Shown in pieces: positions 49,117 through 59,244 of a stretch of DNA of 64,000 nucleotides; within the stretch, counting starts at the first letter, position 1; each line of letters opens with the position of its first letter. The stretch spans positions 800,001 through 864,000 of the forward strand of contig OZ242274.1 of the NCBI GenBank assembly GCA_965207375.1, in the 5' to 3' direction. The position numbers and the translations under genes are program-made. The notes below the pieces were generated by a model that ran no database searches, was not told the origin of the DNA, and worked only from the letters and a program-made list of their open reading frames with translations. This stretch comes from Nitrosopumilaceae archaeon (GTDB taxonomy: Archaea > Thermoproteota > Nitrososphaeria > Nitrososphaerales > Nitrosopumilaceae).

Positions 49117-50904
49117 CTAGCGTGTATAATAGAAATTGCCTGTATTTTTTTGATCCTTGTCTAGTCTACTATCAATCTTGTTTACGCGCGGCCGCAATGA
49201 CTTTTCATCACGTCTAAACGACATGTCCAATGATTTAAGGAATCTATTCATTGCTGCAGACTTTGGCATAGGCTCTGTTGCGTGTCCCTCTAATCCGGAC
49301 GTACCCTCAAAGATTACCATCGTATCTGAAAGAAGATCCATCAGCTGTACATCGTGATCAATTACTATTGCAGACTTTGCAAACGAGCGAACAAACTTTT
49401 GCAGGAATTTTGCCACCGCGATCCTATCCTCCACATCTAAAAATGCAGACGGCTCATCAAGGGCATACAAATCCACCTTTTGTAGCAAGCATGTTGCAAT
49501 GGCCACTTTTTGCAGTTCCCCGCCTGACAGATTTTTCACCGATTTGTTGTATAATTTTTTAATCTTTAGAGGATCAATAATTTGCTCCTCCTGCTGACTT
49601 CCCTCAATTGCCCCCTCGTTTACCGTATCTAGCAGTGATACTACATCTGTCTTTATGTCGTTTTGAAGATACTGTGGCTTGTAGGCAATCTTGATCTTTT
49701 TATCAATGCTGCCAGAATCGGGCTTTTCAACTCCTGCAATCATCTTCATCATCGTGGTTTTTCCCAACGCATTTGCACCCATTATTCCTACAATCTCTCC
49801 TCTTCGTACCCTTCCTGCATCAATTGAGACTGAAAATGTAGGATATTTTTTCTCAAGTTTTGGATAGGTAATAATTTCACTTCCCTCCTGAAACTCTTCT
49901 GTTGAGGTTGATGAGGCATCAAATGTAAATTTCTTGTCTCTGAATCTAACATTTTCATTTGGCAAATATCCGTCCAAAAACACATTGATTCCTACCTTTG
50001 TTGAAAGAACGTTTGAGACTATTCCGTATGCTGCCGGTTCGCCGTACAATACCTCGATATAGTCGCTAAGATAATCAAGCAGTGTCAAATCGTGCTCTAC
50101 TACCATGACGCTTTTTCCAATTTTGGCCAAATTTTGAATGGTTCTTGCTACTCCTCTTCTTTGAAAAACATCGTTGTAAGATGAAGGCTCGTCAAAGAAA
50201 TAAAATTCTGTATCCTTGGATGCTGCAACTGCAACTGCTAGTCTTTGCAGTTCCCCGCCGCTTAGTTCTTTGATACTTTGCTCCATGGAATTTTCCAATC
50301 CTAGGTCTACAGTCAACTGTCTTGAGACTCCACGCTGGTCATATTTTTCCAAAAGTTCCTTTCCGGTTCCATCAAATGCCTGTGCAACATGATGCACCTG
50401 TTGTGGCTTGATAGATGCACTGATTTGGCCGTCCCTAATTTTTTGAAAATGTGATTTAAGCTCAGTCCCACCGTATCGTGTTAAAATTTCATCCCATTCT
50501 GGTGGATTTTCATAGTTTCCCAGATTTGGCTTTAGATTTCCTGAGAGGATGTTTACAACGGTACTTTTTCCCATTCCGTTTCTTCCAAGCAGTCCCATCA
50601 CCTCTCCCTTTTTTGGAGTAGGCAATCTGTACAGTCTAAATGAATTAATTCCATACTGATGAATCTTGTCTGTTGCAAGCTCTGATGCTAGATTGACTAT
50701 TGTTATTGCATCAAAGGGACATACCTTTACACATATTCCACACCCATTGCAGATATCCTCGTCAATTTGCGCCTTTTTTGTCTCCTTGTTTAGTACGATG
50801 CATTCTGCGCCTGACTTGTTTACCGGGCAGTACTTTATGCACTCCAAACCGCATTTTTTTGGCTGACACAGTTCCTTGTCTAAAACTGCAACCCTGTGAG
50901 TCAT
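49117..50904 (-). CDS. rli1: Ribosome recycling ATPase ABCE1/RLI
   Basis: N-terminal FeS Cys motifs and two NBDs with LSGGELQ. Confidence 0.96.
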   Translation of the reverse strand: MTHRVAVLDKELCQPKKCGLECIKYCPVNKSGAECIVLNKETKKAQIDEDICNGCGICVKVCPFDAITIVNLASELATDKIHQYGINSFRLYRLPTPKKGEVMGLLGRNGMGKSTVVNILSGNLKPNLGNYENPPEWDEILTRYGGTELKSHFQKIRDGQISASIKPQQVHHVAQAFDGTGKELLEKYDQRGVSRQLTVDLGLENSMEQSIKELSGGELQRLAVAVAASKDTEFYFFDEPSSYNDVFQRRGVARTIQNLAKIGKSVMVVEHDLTLLDYLSDYIEVLYGEPAAYGIVSNVLSTKVGINVFLDGYLPNENVRFRDKKFTFDASSTSTEEFQEGSEIITYPKLEKKYPTFSVSIDAGRVRRGEIVGIMGANALGKTTMMKMIAGVEKPDSGSIDKKIKIAYKPQYLQNDIKTDVVSLLDTVNEGAIEGSQQEEQIIDPLKIKKLYNKSVKNLSGGELQKVAIATCLLQKVDLYALDEPSAFLDVEDRIAVAKFLQKFVRSFAKSAIVIDHDVQLMDLLSDTMVIFEGTSGLEGHATEPMPKSAAMNRFLKSLDMSFRRDEKSLRPRVNKIDSRLDKDQKNTGNFYYTR

Positions 50905-51172
50905 CAAATAACTCTCTAGATATCGGTTTAATACCCTTTTGACGGGACATTTTGTAGTATGTCAGGTTCCTGATATCGTTTCAGTATGTTTTCCTAGATA
51001 CTTGTATTTCATTTCTCTCAAATTATAATGCAGCTCATGATGTCAAATGTTTTTGCATCTGCATCTGATACAAGATTTATCGTAGTTAGTAGCGTAACAC
51101 AAATTCTAAGACACAATTCATCACATTTTTCACTAGTTTAGGCAGAGTTGCGCTAGATAACTTTCGTAACAT

Positions 51173-51213
51173 TAAGAGGCTAGATTCGGCGTGACGAGTT
51201 TACGTAAACCGTG
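51173..51213 (+). repeat. Dispersed repeat copy 2
   Basis: Homologous to 37651-37692; contains the palindrome GTTTACGTAAAC. Confidence 0.65.
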
Positions 51214-51303
51214 CCTAGAATCAGATATACAGGCAGTAAACCAGAAGTCTCTTACGTCATTTTGGCAGTTACCTTAATAGATAACTTTTGTACCATACAA
51301 TTT

Positions 51304-51420
51304 AAGCCGGCCATAGCGTTAGGGTGCGACCCAATCCCTTTCCGAACTTGGAAGTCAAACCTGACGTCGCTGTTGTGTTACTTAGATGCGAGAGCTCTTG
51401 GGAAGCAATAGTGCTGGCAT
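51304..51420 (+). rRNA. rrf: 5S rRNA (stand-alone)
   Basis: GCCGGCCATAGC...CCCAATCCCTTTCCGAACTTGGAAGTCAAAC...GCTGGC; ends pair. Confidence 0.93.
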
Positions 51421-51456
51421 CTTTTAGTTTTAATTTGAGTCATTATACGATACATC

Positions 51457-51585
51457 ATGCAGAATTGTTCTGTTTGTGGTCAATCCTGTGATAATGACAT
51501 AAGGCTGTTAAATCACATGATGGAAAAACACGGCTGGAGGAATCCAAATGTCGGCAAGCCGGATAGAAACAGCAGAGGCTATTGA
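51457..51585 (+). CDS. 42-aa C2H2 zinc-finger microprotein
   Basis: MQNCSVCGQSCDNDIRLLNHMMEKHGWRNPNVGKPDRNSRGY: C-x2-C-x12-H-x4-H; TTTTAATT box upstream; stop lies 1 nt from the pepA stop. Confidence 0.7.
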   Translation: MQNCSVCGQSCDNDIRLLNHMMEKHGWRNPNVGKPDRNSRGY

Positions 51586-51586
51586 A

Positions 51587-53050
51587 TTATTTTCTAAAAT
51601 AATCCAAGACCAACCTTACGCCAAATCCTGTGGCCCCTTTGGGATTGTACGGCTTGGATTTTGTTGCAGTTTGTGTCCATGCCACTCCTGCAATATCAAA
51701 ATGGATCCATGGTGTTTTTTGCGTTGCCTCTTTTAGAAACGCAGCTGCCGTTATGGTACCTGCAGCCCTTGCTATTCCCATGTTTTTTATGTCTGCAACA
51801 TCTGACTTTATCATGTTCATATAATCATCATTGAGGGGCAGCTGCCAGACCTCCTCTGTGGTATGTTCTGATGATGCCTTGAATTTATCTGCTAATTTTT
51901 GATCATTTGTTATCATTGCTGCCACGTTTGTGCCAAGTGCAACAATACATGCACCTGTCAGTGTTGCAAAATCTATAATTGCTTTGGGAGAATATTTTTT
52001 CTCACCATATGTCAACGCATCTGCAAGAATAAGCCTGCCTTCTGCATCCGTATTTACAATCTCTGCAGTTTTTTTGCTGTATAGTTTTATAATGTCTCCT
52101 GGCCTGTATGACTCTCCACCTGGCATATTTTCTACAGATGGAATAATTCCTACAATATTTTGCGGAATTTTCAACTCTGAAACTGCCTTCATTATACCTA
52201 GTACTGTACACCCACCACATTTGTCAAACTTCATCTCCTCCATTTTTTCTCCAGGTTTTAGAGAAATACCACCTGTGTCAAATGTTACTGCTTTTCCAAC
52301 TATGACAGTTGGCCTCTGATCTGCCCTTCCACCTTTGTACTCTAAAACTATTAACTTTGGTTCGTTTTTACTCCCCTGACCTACCGCACTAATTCCACCA
52401 AATCCACGTTTTTGTAACTCTGCCTTTGAAATAACGGTACATTTGATCCTGTTTTTTGCAAGTGTTTTTGAAATGTTTGCCAATGTGGTAGGAGTGCAGT
52501 AATTGGGCGGCAGGTTTGCAATTTCCTTGGTAAAAATTACGGCATCTGCAATTTTTTGTGCATCTGAGATTACTCTGCGCATTTTAGCAGACTCTGAGAC
52601 CAGTATACTAATCTCTGGAACCGTGTCTTTTTTACTCTTGTAGGTGTCAAATGAAAACAATGACATTTTTGCACCCTCGACAATCTGGGCAGCAGATTCA
52701 AACTGATTATACGTGTGGCTTTTTGGAACAACAATTGAAAACTCTGAAACACCTATCTCCTTTGCCTTTAATGCTATTTTGCCTGCAGCAAACCTAAAGG
52801 TATCGTTTGTAATATCATTGCCCAATCCGACTAGCAGAATTCTTTGTGCAGGCAGCCGCCCTAGCGTATTAATTATTGAAATTTTTCCAAGTTTTCCCTG
52901 TATTTCTTTGATTGACTGTCTTATCGCATTTGAAATTTTTGCATCTGTTTTTTCTAAACCTGGTACCTGATTTGAATTCCCCAAAACAAACGAGCATAAC
53001 AGCTGCGTTTTTTTCTTTTCTGGACTGATATCCTGGATTTTTACAGACAT
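51587..53050 (-). CDS. pepA: Leucyl aminopeptidase (M17)
   Basis: GKAVTFDTGG, MKFDK, ENMP, NTDAEGRL, ATLTGA motifs. Confidence 0.94.
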   Translation of the reverse strand: MSVKIQDISPEKKKTQLLCSFVLGNSNQVPGLEKTDAKISNAIRQSIKEIQGKLGKISIINTLGRLPAQRILLVGLGNDITNDTFRFAAGKIALKAKEIGVSEFSIVVPKSHTYNQFESAAQIVEGAKMSLFSFDTYKSKKDTVPEISILVSESAKMRRVISDAQKIADAVIFTKEIANLPPNYCTPTTLANISKTLAKNRIKCTVISKAELQKRGFGGISAVGQGSKNEPKLIVLEYKGGRADQRPTVIVGKAVTFDTGGISLKPGEKMEEMKFDKCGGCTVLGIMKAVSELKIPQNIVGIIPSVENMPGGESYRPGDIIKLYSKKTAEIVNTDAEGRLILADALTYGEKKYSPKAIIDFATLTGACIVALGTNVAAMITNDQKLADKFKASSEHTTEEVWQLPLNDDYMNMIKSDVADIKNMGIARAAGTITAAAFLKEATQKTPWIHFDIAGVAWTQTATKSKPYNPKGATGFGVRLVLDYFRK

Positions 53051-53077
53051 TTGTAGTATGTGTATTGTGCCAATATT

Positions 53078-53485
53078 TTAGATTTTGTCAGGCTTTATTG
53101 TTATTGTCTTACTGTTAGACAGCAGACTAGCAGAACGCAAAAAGACGGATTTGACGTTTTTACACCCTGTTTTGCATGACTCTTGCACATCTACTGGTTC
53201 TAAATGTCGTTTACTCCCAAATATTATCGTCTTTAATAGAGGCAACAATGCAGCCCTTCCACCATATGCTGTTGTCTCATCTACAAACCAGAACATCTCT
53301 AGTGCGCTCGAGTCTAAAACCTCACTGCGCAGTTTTTCTCCGAGTCCTGAATAATGACCTGTGAAAGTCATCTTGCCTCCTCCTAGCAGTTTTACGAGAC
53401 CTGCAAATTTAATGCAAAGATAGCACCTGTCATCGTATATGACAAGCGGCACAATATGGCTCAAATTCATACTATTCTTGTACAT
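53078..53485 (-). CDS. DCC1-like thiol-disulfide oxidoreductase (DUF393)
   Basis: VIYDDRCYLC (DxxCxxC) motif. Confidence 0.75.
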   Translation of the reverse strand: MYKNSMNLSHIVPLVIYDDRCYLCIKFAGLVKLLGGGKMTFTGHYSGLGEKLRSEVLDSSALEMFWFVDETTAYGGRAALLPLLKTIIFGSKRHLEPVDVQESCKTGCKNVKSVFLRSASLLSNSKTITIKPDKI

Positions 53486-53545
53486 CGATCAAATTAAAAT
53501 TTTCAGAAGTAGATTTTTATTCAATTTACAAAGAAATATCAACAA

Positions 53546-55213
53546 ATGGGGCTCAATTATTATCAAATTAAGCAAAATGTTCTTCGGGCTCGTAAACTAG
53601 TCATCAGAGGCACTACTGCTGCAAATTCTGGTCACCCTGGGGGTTCTTTTTCAATGGCAGAAATCATGGGGTGCCTGTTTTACAAGCATCTCAAAGTTGA
53701 TCCAAAAAATCCGCTTTGGCCTGATCGCGACAGGCTGGTCTTATCAAAAGGACATGCAGCACCTGGATTATTTTCAAACCTTGCAGTACGTGGATTTTTT
53801 GATGAATCAGAAATTCAAACGCTTAGAAAATTCCAAAGCCGATTGCAGGGTCATCCTGATCTGAAATGCCCTGGTGTTGAATTTTGTGGAGGCTCTTTGG
53901 GTATAGGACTGTCGTTTTCTATTGGCCTTGCACTAGCAGCCAAACTAGACAAAAAGGATTATCATGTGTATACTATACTTGGAGATGGCGAGTCCGATGA
54001 GGGACAAGTTTGGGAGGCTGCCATGACTGCTTCAAAATACAAAATAGACAACCTTACTGCAATTTTAGATAGGAATTTTATCCAGCAGGATTCTTACACC
54101 GAAAAAATCATGCCACTAGACGAAAAACTAGAAGGTGATGATCTCTCTGAGATGTGGAGGGATGCATCTAGATGGCGCACCGGGGAAAAATGGAGATCAT
54201 TTGGCTGGAATGTCCTAGAGGTAGACGGACATAGAATAGAACAGCTAGATGAGGCACTGACTAAGGCACGTGCAACAAAGGGTGTGCCATCCATAATTAT
54301 AGCACGAACCATAAAGGGAAAATCACTTGAACACATGGAGGACAATCCTGCATGGCACGGCAAGGCAGCAAGTCCTGATGTTGTACCTATAATCAATGAA
54401 GAGCTTGATTCCCAGTTTGTAATTGCACCATCAATTATTGCAGGAGATATGACCAATCTGGAAAACGAAATAAAACAATGTGTTAGGGGCCGTGCAGACT
54501 ATATTCATCTTGATGTGATGGATGGTAAATTCGTTGCAAACAAAACCTTTGATCACTTCAAAATTAAGGAATTAAGACCCCATACAGTCATTCCTTTTGA
54601 TACTCATCTTATGATAGACGAACCGCTAAAACATGTACGAGATTATGTTGAGGCAGGTAGTGACATCATTACGGTTCATGCAGAAACATGTGATGAATCC
54701 TCATTTGGTCAAATTCATGACATATTAAAACAAAACCAGGTCGGAGTAGGTCTTGCAATAAATCCTGACACTGAAATGCCTTTGTGGTCTCACAAATTCA
54801 TTTCTACCTTAGATCAGATTATTGTCATGTCTGTAGTACCTGGCAAGTCCGGACAAAAGTATATCGAATCAACACATGAAAAGATGGCACAGCTAAACGG
54901 GCTGCTCTCCCAGCATGATTTTGCAGGTGTTATCGAGGCTGATGGGGGTGTAAATCTTGAAAATATTGGCTCTTGCTTTGATGATGGAGCAAGAGCCTTT
55001 GTTGGAGGAAGCGCAATTATTGGCCAACAAGATGTTCGCAGTGCAATTTGTGAATTTAGAAACGAGGTGTTAAAGGCACGTAGAAAAAATCTCTTGACAA
55101 AGGCATCTAATTTGGGAGGTCCTGAACTTGTTTCCAAATGGATAAATCTTCATGAAATCGGTACCAAAAAAGAGCAATTAACAAAATTGGCGCAGGAGGC
55201 AGGACTGTCTTGA
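53546..55213 (+). CDS. Transketolase N-terminal subunit fused to ribulose-phosphate 3-epimerase
   Basis: SGHPGG, LSKGH, GDGESDEG followed by IAPSI, HLDVMDG, DTHLM, MSVVPG, DGG. Confidence 0.9.
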   Translation: MGLNYYQIKQNVLRARKLVIRGTTAANSGHPGGSFSMAEIMGCLFYKHLKVDPKNPLWPDRDRLVLSKGHAAPGLFSNLAVRGFFDESEIQTLRKFQSRLQGHPDLKCPGVEFCGGSLGIGLSFSIGLALAAKLDKKDYHVYTILGDGESDEGQVWEAAMTASKYKIDNLTAILDRNFIQQDSYTEKIMPLDEKLEGDDLSEMWRDASRWRTGEKWRSFGWNVLEVDGHRIEQLDEALTKARATKGVPSIIIARTIKGKSLEHMEDNPAWHGKAASPDVVPIINEELDSQFVIAPSIIAGDMTNLENEIKQCVRGRADYIHLDVMDGKFVANKTFDHFKIKELRPHTVIPFDTHLMIDEPLKHVRDYVEAGSDIITVHAETCDESSFGQIHDILKQNQVGVGLAINPDTEMPLWSHKFISTLDQIIVMSVVPGKSGQKYIESTHEKMAQLNGLLSQHDFAGVIEADGGVNLENIGSCFDDGARAFVGGSAIIGQQDVRSAICEFRNEVLKARRKNLLTKASNLGGPELVSKWINLHEIGTKKEQLTKLAQEAGLS

Positions 55214-56178
55214 GCGAATCTGTATCTGACATGCGTACCGAATACAGCAAAGCCCTTGTTTCATTGGGAAAAGAAAATTCCCAAATCGTGGTTTTGGGTG
55301 CAGATACTACGGGTTCACTCAAGACTGCCGGTTTTGGAAAACAGTTCCCTGACAGATTTTTCAATGTTGGCATTGCCGAGGCAAACCTAGTTTCTGTTTC
55401 TGCTGGCATGGCAATTTCTGGCAAAATTCCCTTTGCTAGCACATATGCAATATTTCTTCCCGGCAGAGCAGTAGATCAAATCAGAAACTCTGTTGCCTAT
55501 CCTACTAGGGGAGACAAAAGAGGTCTAAATGTAAAACTGGTAGTTTCTCATGGTGGTCTGTCTGTGGGTGCAGACGGCGGCTCTCATCAGCAAATAGAAG
55601 ACATTGCTATCATGCGGGTTATTCCAAACATGAAGGTGTTGATTCCTGCAGACGGCATGGCAGTCTCAAAACTAACCAAAATAATTTCCCAACAATACGG
55701 ACCGTTCTACATGAGAATGGCCCGCTCTCCGACACCTGTAGTTTATTCTGATTCCCAAGAGTTTGAAATTGGCAAGGGTATCACATTGCGTGACGGCAAT
55801 GACTGTACCATTGCTGCATGTGGAATTACTGTACACATGGCATTGCAGGCAGCAGACATTTTACAGCAGGAGGGAATTTCCTGTAGGGTTTTAGATATAT
55901 TTTCAATAAAGCCACTTGATGTTGATTTGCTAGAATCTGCTGCAAGACAAACAGGATGTATTGTTACGTGTGAGGAACACAATATTGTTGGCGGCATGGG
56001 TTCAGCAGTTGCAGAGGCAGTATCTGAAAGATATCCCGTACCTGTGCGAAGAATAGGGGCTATGGACCAGTTTGGAGAATCTGCCCGTGATGCAGAGATT
56101 GGACTATTATTAGAAAAACATGGAATAACATCTATTAATATAGCAAAGACGGTCAGAGAACTTGGTGCAAAGACATGA
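55210..56178 (+). CDS. Transketolase C-terminal subunit
   Basis: NVGIAEAN, DGGSHQ, EEH..GGMGS motifs. Confidence 0.92.
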   Translation: MSESVSDMRTEYSKALVSLGKENSQIVVLGADTTGSLKTAGFGKQFPDRFFNVGIAEANLVSVSAGMAISGKIPFASTYAIFLPGRAVDQIRNSVAYPTRGDKRGLNVKLVVSHGGLSVGADGGSHQQIEDIAIMRVIPNMKVLIPADGMAVSKLTKIISQQYGPFYMRMARSPTPVVYSDSQEFEIGKGITLRDGNDCTIAACGITVHMALQAADILQQEGISCRVLDIFSIKPLDVDLLESAARQTGCIVTCEEHNIVGGMGSAVAEAVSERYPVPVRRIGAMDQFGESARDAEIGLLLEKHGITSINIAKTVRELGAKT

Positions 56179-56828
56179 AAATTTTTCTAGATACTGCAAA
56201 TTTAGACTCTATTAAAAAATTCAACGACATGGGACTGTTGGATGGAATTACCACAAATCCTAGTCTGTTATACAAAGAAGGCGGAGACCCACGCTCGTAT
56301 ATGAAAGAAATAACTAGCATCATCAAGGGGGATGTGAGTCTTGAAGTTGTAGGTACTGATTATGAGAAAATGTTAGAAGAAGCTTACCGCCTTAGGGATT
56401 ATGGTGACAATGTTGTAGTCAAGGTCCCAATGACTCCTGATGGATTAAGAGCCTGCAAGACACTTTCATCTAAAGCAATTCCTGTCAATGTAACCTTGGT
56501 GTTTTCACCAAATCAGGCAATCCTTGCTGCAAAGTCTGGCGCAAAATATGTCAGTCCATTTATTGGACGCCTAGATGATATTGGACATACAGGAATGGAA
56601 TTAATTGGCGAAATTAAAAACATATTTTCCAACTATGATTTTAAGACTCAAATTCTAGTTGCAAGTATAAGACATCCGCAACACGTAGTTGATGCAGGCA
56701 AAATCGGTGCAGACGTTGTGACCCTGCCTCCTGCCGTTTTAGATAAAATGCTCAAACACCCATTAACTGATATTGGATTGGCTAACTTTTTAGCTGACTG
56801 GAAGAAACTTGTTGGTGCCAAAGAGTAA
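56175..56828 (+). CDS. tal: Transaldolase (TalC/Fsa family)
   Basis: FLDTA, TTNPSL, VVKVP, NVTLVFS, YVSPFIGR motifs. Confidence 0.9.
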   Translation: MKIFLDTANLDSIKKFNDMGLLDGITTNPSLLYKEGGDPRSYMKEITSIIKGDVSLEVVGTDYEKMLEEAYRLRDYGDNVVVKVPMTPDGLRACKTLSSKAIPVNVTLVFSPNQAILAAKSGAKYVSPFIGRLDDIGHTGMELIGEIKNIFSNYDFKTQILVASIRHPQHVVDAGKIGADVVTLPPAVLDKMLKHPLTDIGLANFLADWKKLVGAKE

Positions 56829-57039
56829 TTTAGTAACACTTTGACTTTAAGTTGCGTGTATAAAAAATGTCAAATCTATGATTTTTACATTTAATTCAGG
56901 CATAGCACTTGTGCAATAGATCAGTTGCCATATATTGTATATTTGATTAAAAATCACCAAAATTTTCATACAATCTTTTAGTTATTTCCTGTTAGAGATT
57001 AAATATGTTATATCAATGATATCATTATGGAAATAGGAG

Positions 57040-57291
57040 ATGAACAATAAATTGCCCACAGCTTATGTTCTGATAAACTGTGAGCTTGGTTCTGAAGAGT
57101 TTGTTATTTCAGAATTAAAATCAATAGACGGAGTTGTCGAGGTTCATGGCACCTTTGGTGCATATGACATACTTGCAAAAATAACATCTGATCAGGTTGA
57201 AAAACTTCGAGAAACAATTACTTGGAAGGTCAGAAAAATCTCAAAGATTCGCTCAACACTGACTCTGATGGGCATTGAGGGACAGGGATAA
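57040..57291 (+). CDS. Stand-alone Lrp/AsnC ligand-binding (RAM) domain
   Basis: AYVLINCE.G.E, FGAYDI, STLTL motifs. Confidence 0.88.
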   Translation: MNNKLPTAYVLINCELGSEEFVISELKSIDGVVEVHGTFGAYDILAKITSDQVEKLRETITWKVRKISKIRSTLTLMGIEGQG

Positions 57292-57305
57292 CCGAAGGTG
57301 TTTTT

Positions 57306-57827
57306 TTGCCACGCGCCTATGTTCTGATAAACTGTGAGCTCGGCTCTGAGAAATCACTAATATCAAAACTATACGACATTGAATCCGTAAAAGAGGTTCA
57401 TGGAACTTTGGGAATGTATGACATTGTAGCAAGGTTGGAATCTGATTCTGATGAATCCATCAACTGTACTGTAACTGAAATAAGAAAACTCTCTGACATC
57501 AACTCTACTATGACATTGACTCGTTCTGAGGGTCAAGAACTCTTCATTCCTAATCCAGACAAACCGGCAGATTCTCTGTTGGGACAGAATTTGCAGGCAT
57601 ATGTTGTGATTCACTGTGATCAAAGCAAGGAATATGGAATTTTGCGTAAACTAAGCTATATTCCCCAAGTAAAGGAGGCAGATGCCGTCTTTGGTTTTTA
57701 TGATGTCATGTGCAAGATAGAGGCCCCTAGTTATCGTGATCTAGAAAAGATCATCACCAAAGATGTTAGAAATTTGGAGCATGTTAGAACCACCATGACT
57801 CTTAATGTCATAGCAGAGCAAGAATAG
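57306..57827 (+). CDS. Tandem Lrp/AsnC RAM-domain protein
   Basis: Two AYV...G.YD...TMTL modules. Confidence 0.85.
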   Translation: MPRAYVLINCELGSEKSLISKLYDIESVKEVHGTLGMYDIVARLESDSDESINCTVTEIRKLSDINSTMTLTRSEGQELFIPNPDKPADSLLGQNLQAYVVIHCDQSKEYGILRKLSYIPQVKEADAVFGFYDVMCKIEAPSYRDLEKIITKDVRNLEHVRTTMTLNVIAEQE

Positions 57828-58004
57828 CTTTTGTGCTTTTATACTGATTTTACAATTATATAGAATCCCTTCGACTAGACGATTCTCCAAAGGAATCAAA
57901 CACACTGTAAGGGGACATTTTGAACCCTTACAGTTCCTACCTCCTAGATCGTGGTTATATCATAATACGTGATTCTTTTTAATGAAATTGCACCCATTTT
58001 TGAT

Positions 58005-58175
58005 ATGAAAAGTGATGAAAGGCGTTCACACAGACTGAATCATCTCTTGAAATTCTATCTGAGCCATCCACACGAATCCGATCTGTTTGTGCGTGCAAAA
58101 CAAATGGGGATATCTGATTCTACTGCCAAAGACTATATGAGAACCGTAATCATTCAGGCTAGGCGCATGCACTAG
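58005..58175 (+). CDS. Small hypothetical protein
   Basis: MKSDERRSHRLNHLL...; HTH-like AKQMGISDSTA; start at ATG 58005. Confidence 0.6.
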   Translation: MKSDERRSHRLNHLLKFYLSHPHESDLFVRAKQMGISDSTAKDYMRTVIIQARRMH

Positions 58176-58244
58176 TCATTTTGGTCCTTTTCTCAGAAAT
58201 ATTAAACAAGGTGTTCTCATAAACTAATTTGGTGTTGAATATAC

Positions 58245-58901
58245 ATGCATGATGCCTTGCTTGACGACGTTGATGCGCTATTACTCAAGGATGTAGGTGA
58301 TAAGCGTATATTGCAGCAGATCAAACGTGCAGCCGAAAACAATGAGGTAATCTCAATCAATGAGCGCAACTATGTTGCCAATCTAAAATCCCAGTACCTT
58401 GATAAACAACCACCGTCTACAGTTTTATCTGCCACAAATGCAGCATCACAACCTTCTGTACCAAAGACACTGTTTGCCCCGCCCCGACTAGAACCGGTGC
58501 ACCGAAAAAACCCACACAAAACAAAAATCATTGTAGCAATTGCAGGTGTTGCATTAATTGCCATTTTGGCAGCAGGGGTGTCCCTTTCTGATACTGATGG
58601 ACCAGGTCCCTTACCAGTGTCTGATTTTGCGTTATCCACAGATGAATCATCGTATACACTAGGAGATATTATCTCAATATATGGGTCCTCTGACATTGAA
58701 TTGGGCAGCAGTGCAACTCTATCTATACAAAACTCTGCCAACGATTTAATATGGACAGAAAACATTAGTCTGAAATCTGATGGAACCTTTTCCACGCTTG
58801 CCATAGCAGGCGGCACAGGTTGGGAAAATTCTGGAACCTATACTCTGATCATACAACACGGCAATCAAACCAAGGACTCTAGCTTTACCTTCACTGGCTA
58901 A
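58245..58901 (+). CDS. Membrane-anchored protein with Ig-like extracellular domain
   Basis: Central TM; STDESSYTLGD..DGTFS..W..SGTYT as in the 42586 protein. Confidence 0.8.
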   Translation: MHDALLDDVDALLLKDVGDKRILQQIKRAAENNEVISINERNYVANLKSQYLDKQPPSTVLSATNAASQPSVPKTLFAPPRLEPVHRKNPHKTKIIVAIAGVALIAILAAGVSLSDTDGPGPLPVSDFALSTDESSYTLGDIISIYGSSDIELGSSATLSIQNSANDLIWTENISLKSDGTFSTLAIAGGTGWENSGTYTLIIQHGNQTKDSSFTFTG

Positions 58902-59244
58902 TCTTCAAACTTGGTCCAATGGTAATTGTTTCGCTTTTTGAAGCTTCTGCCTAGTTATATACCTCCGATTTGCTTGCCAAGGAATTCATACCTGCTGATC
59001 TAATTTTCTATACCTTCTATCTAAAACATGCATGCCTAAAACATTCCAATTTATCACAGCTTACACTAGGAATATCTTGTCATACATTTGGCAACAATGC
59101 AACTAGGCAGACCGTCTTTTTTTTTTGGCATCAGCATAAATGTAACGTAACCATTGTAGCAGGTGTACTGTATCTGTATCCTCGGAATGTTTTTCAGATA
59201 TGTCAGATGAGCATTTCCGTTTGTATCCATGTCATGACATGGCA

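Noticed and set aside
51211-51411. 66-aa ORF
   Set aside because: Overlaps the 5S rRNA gene
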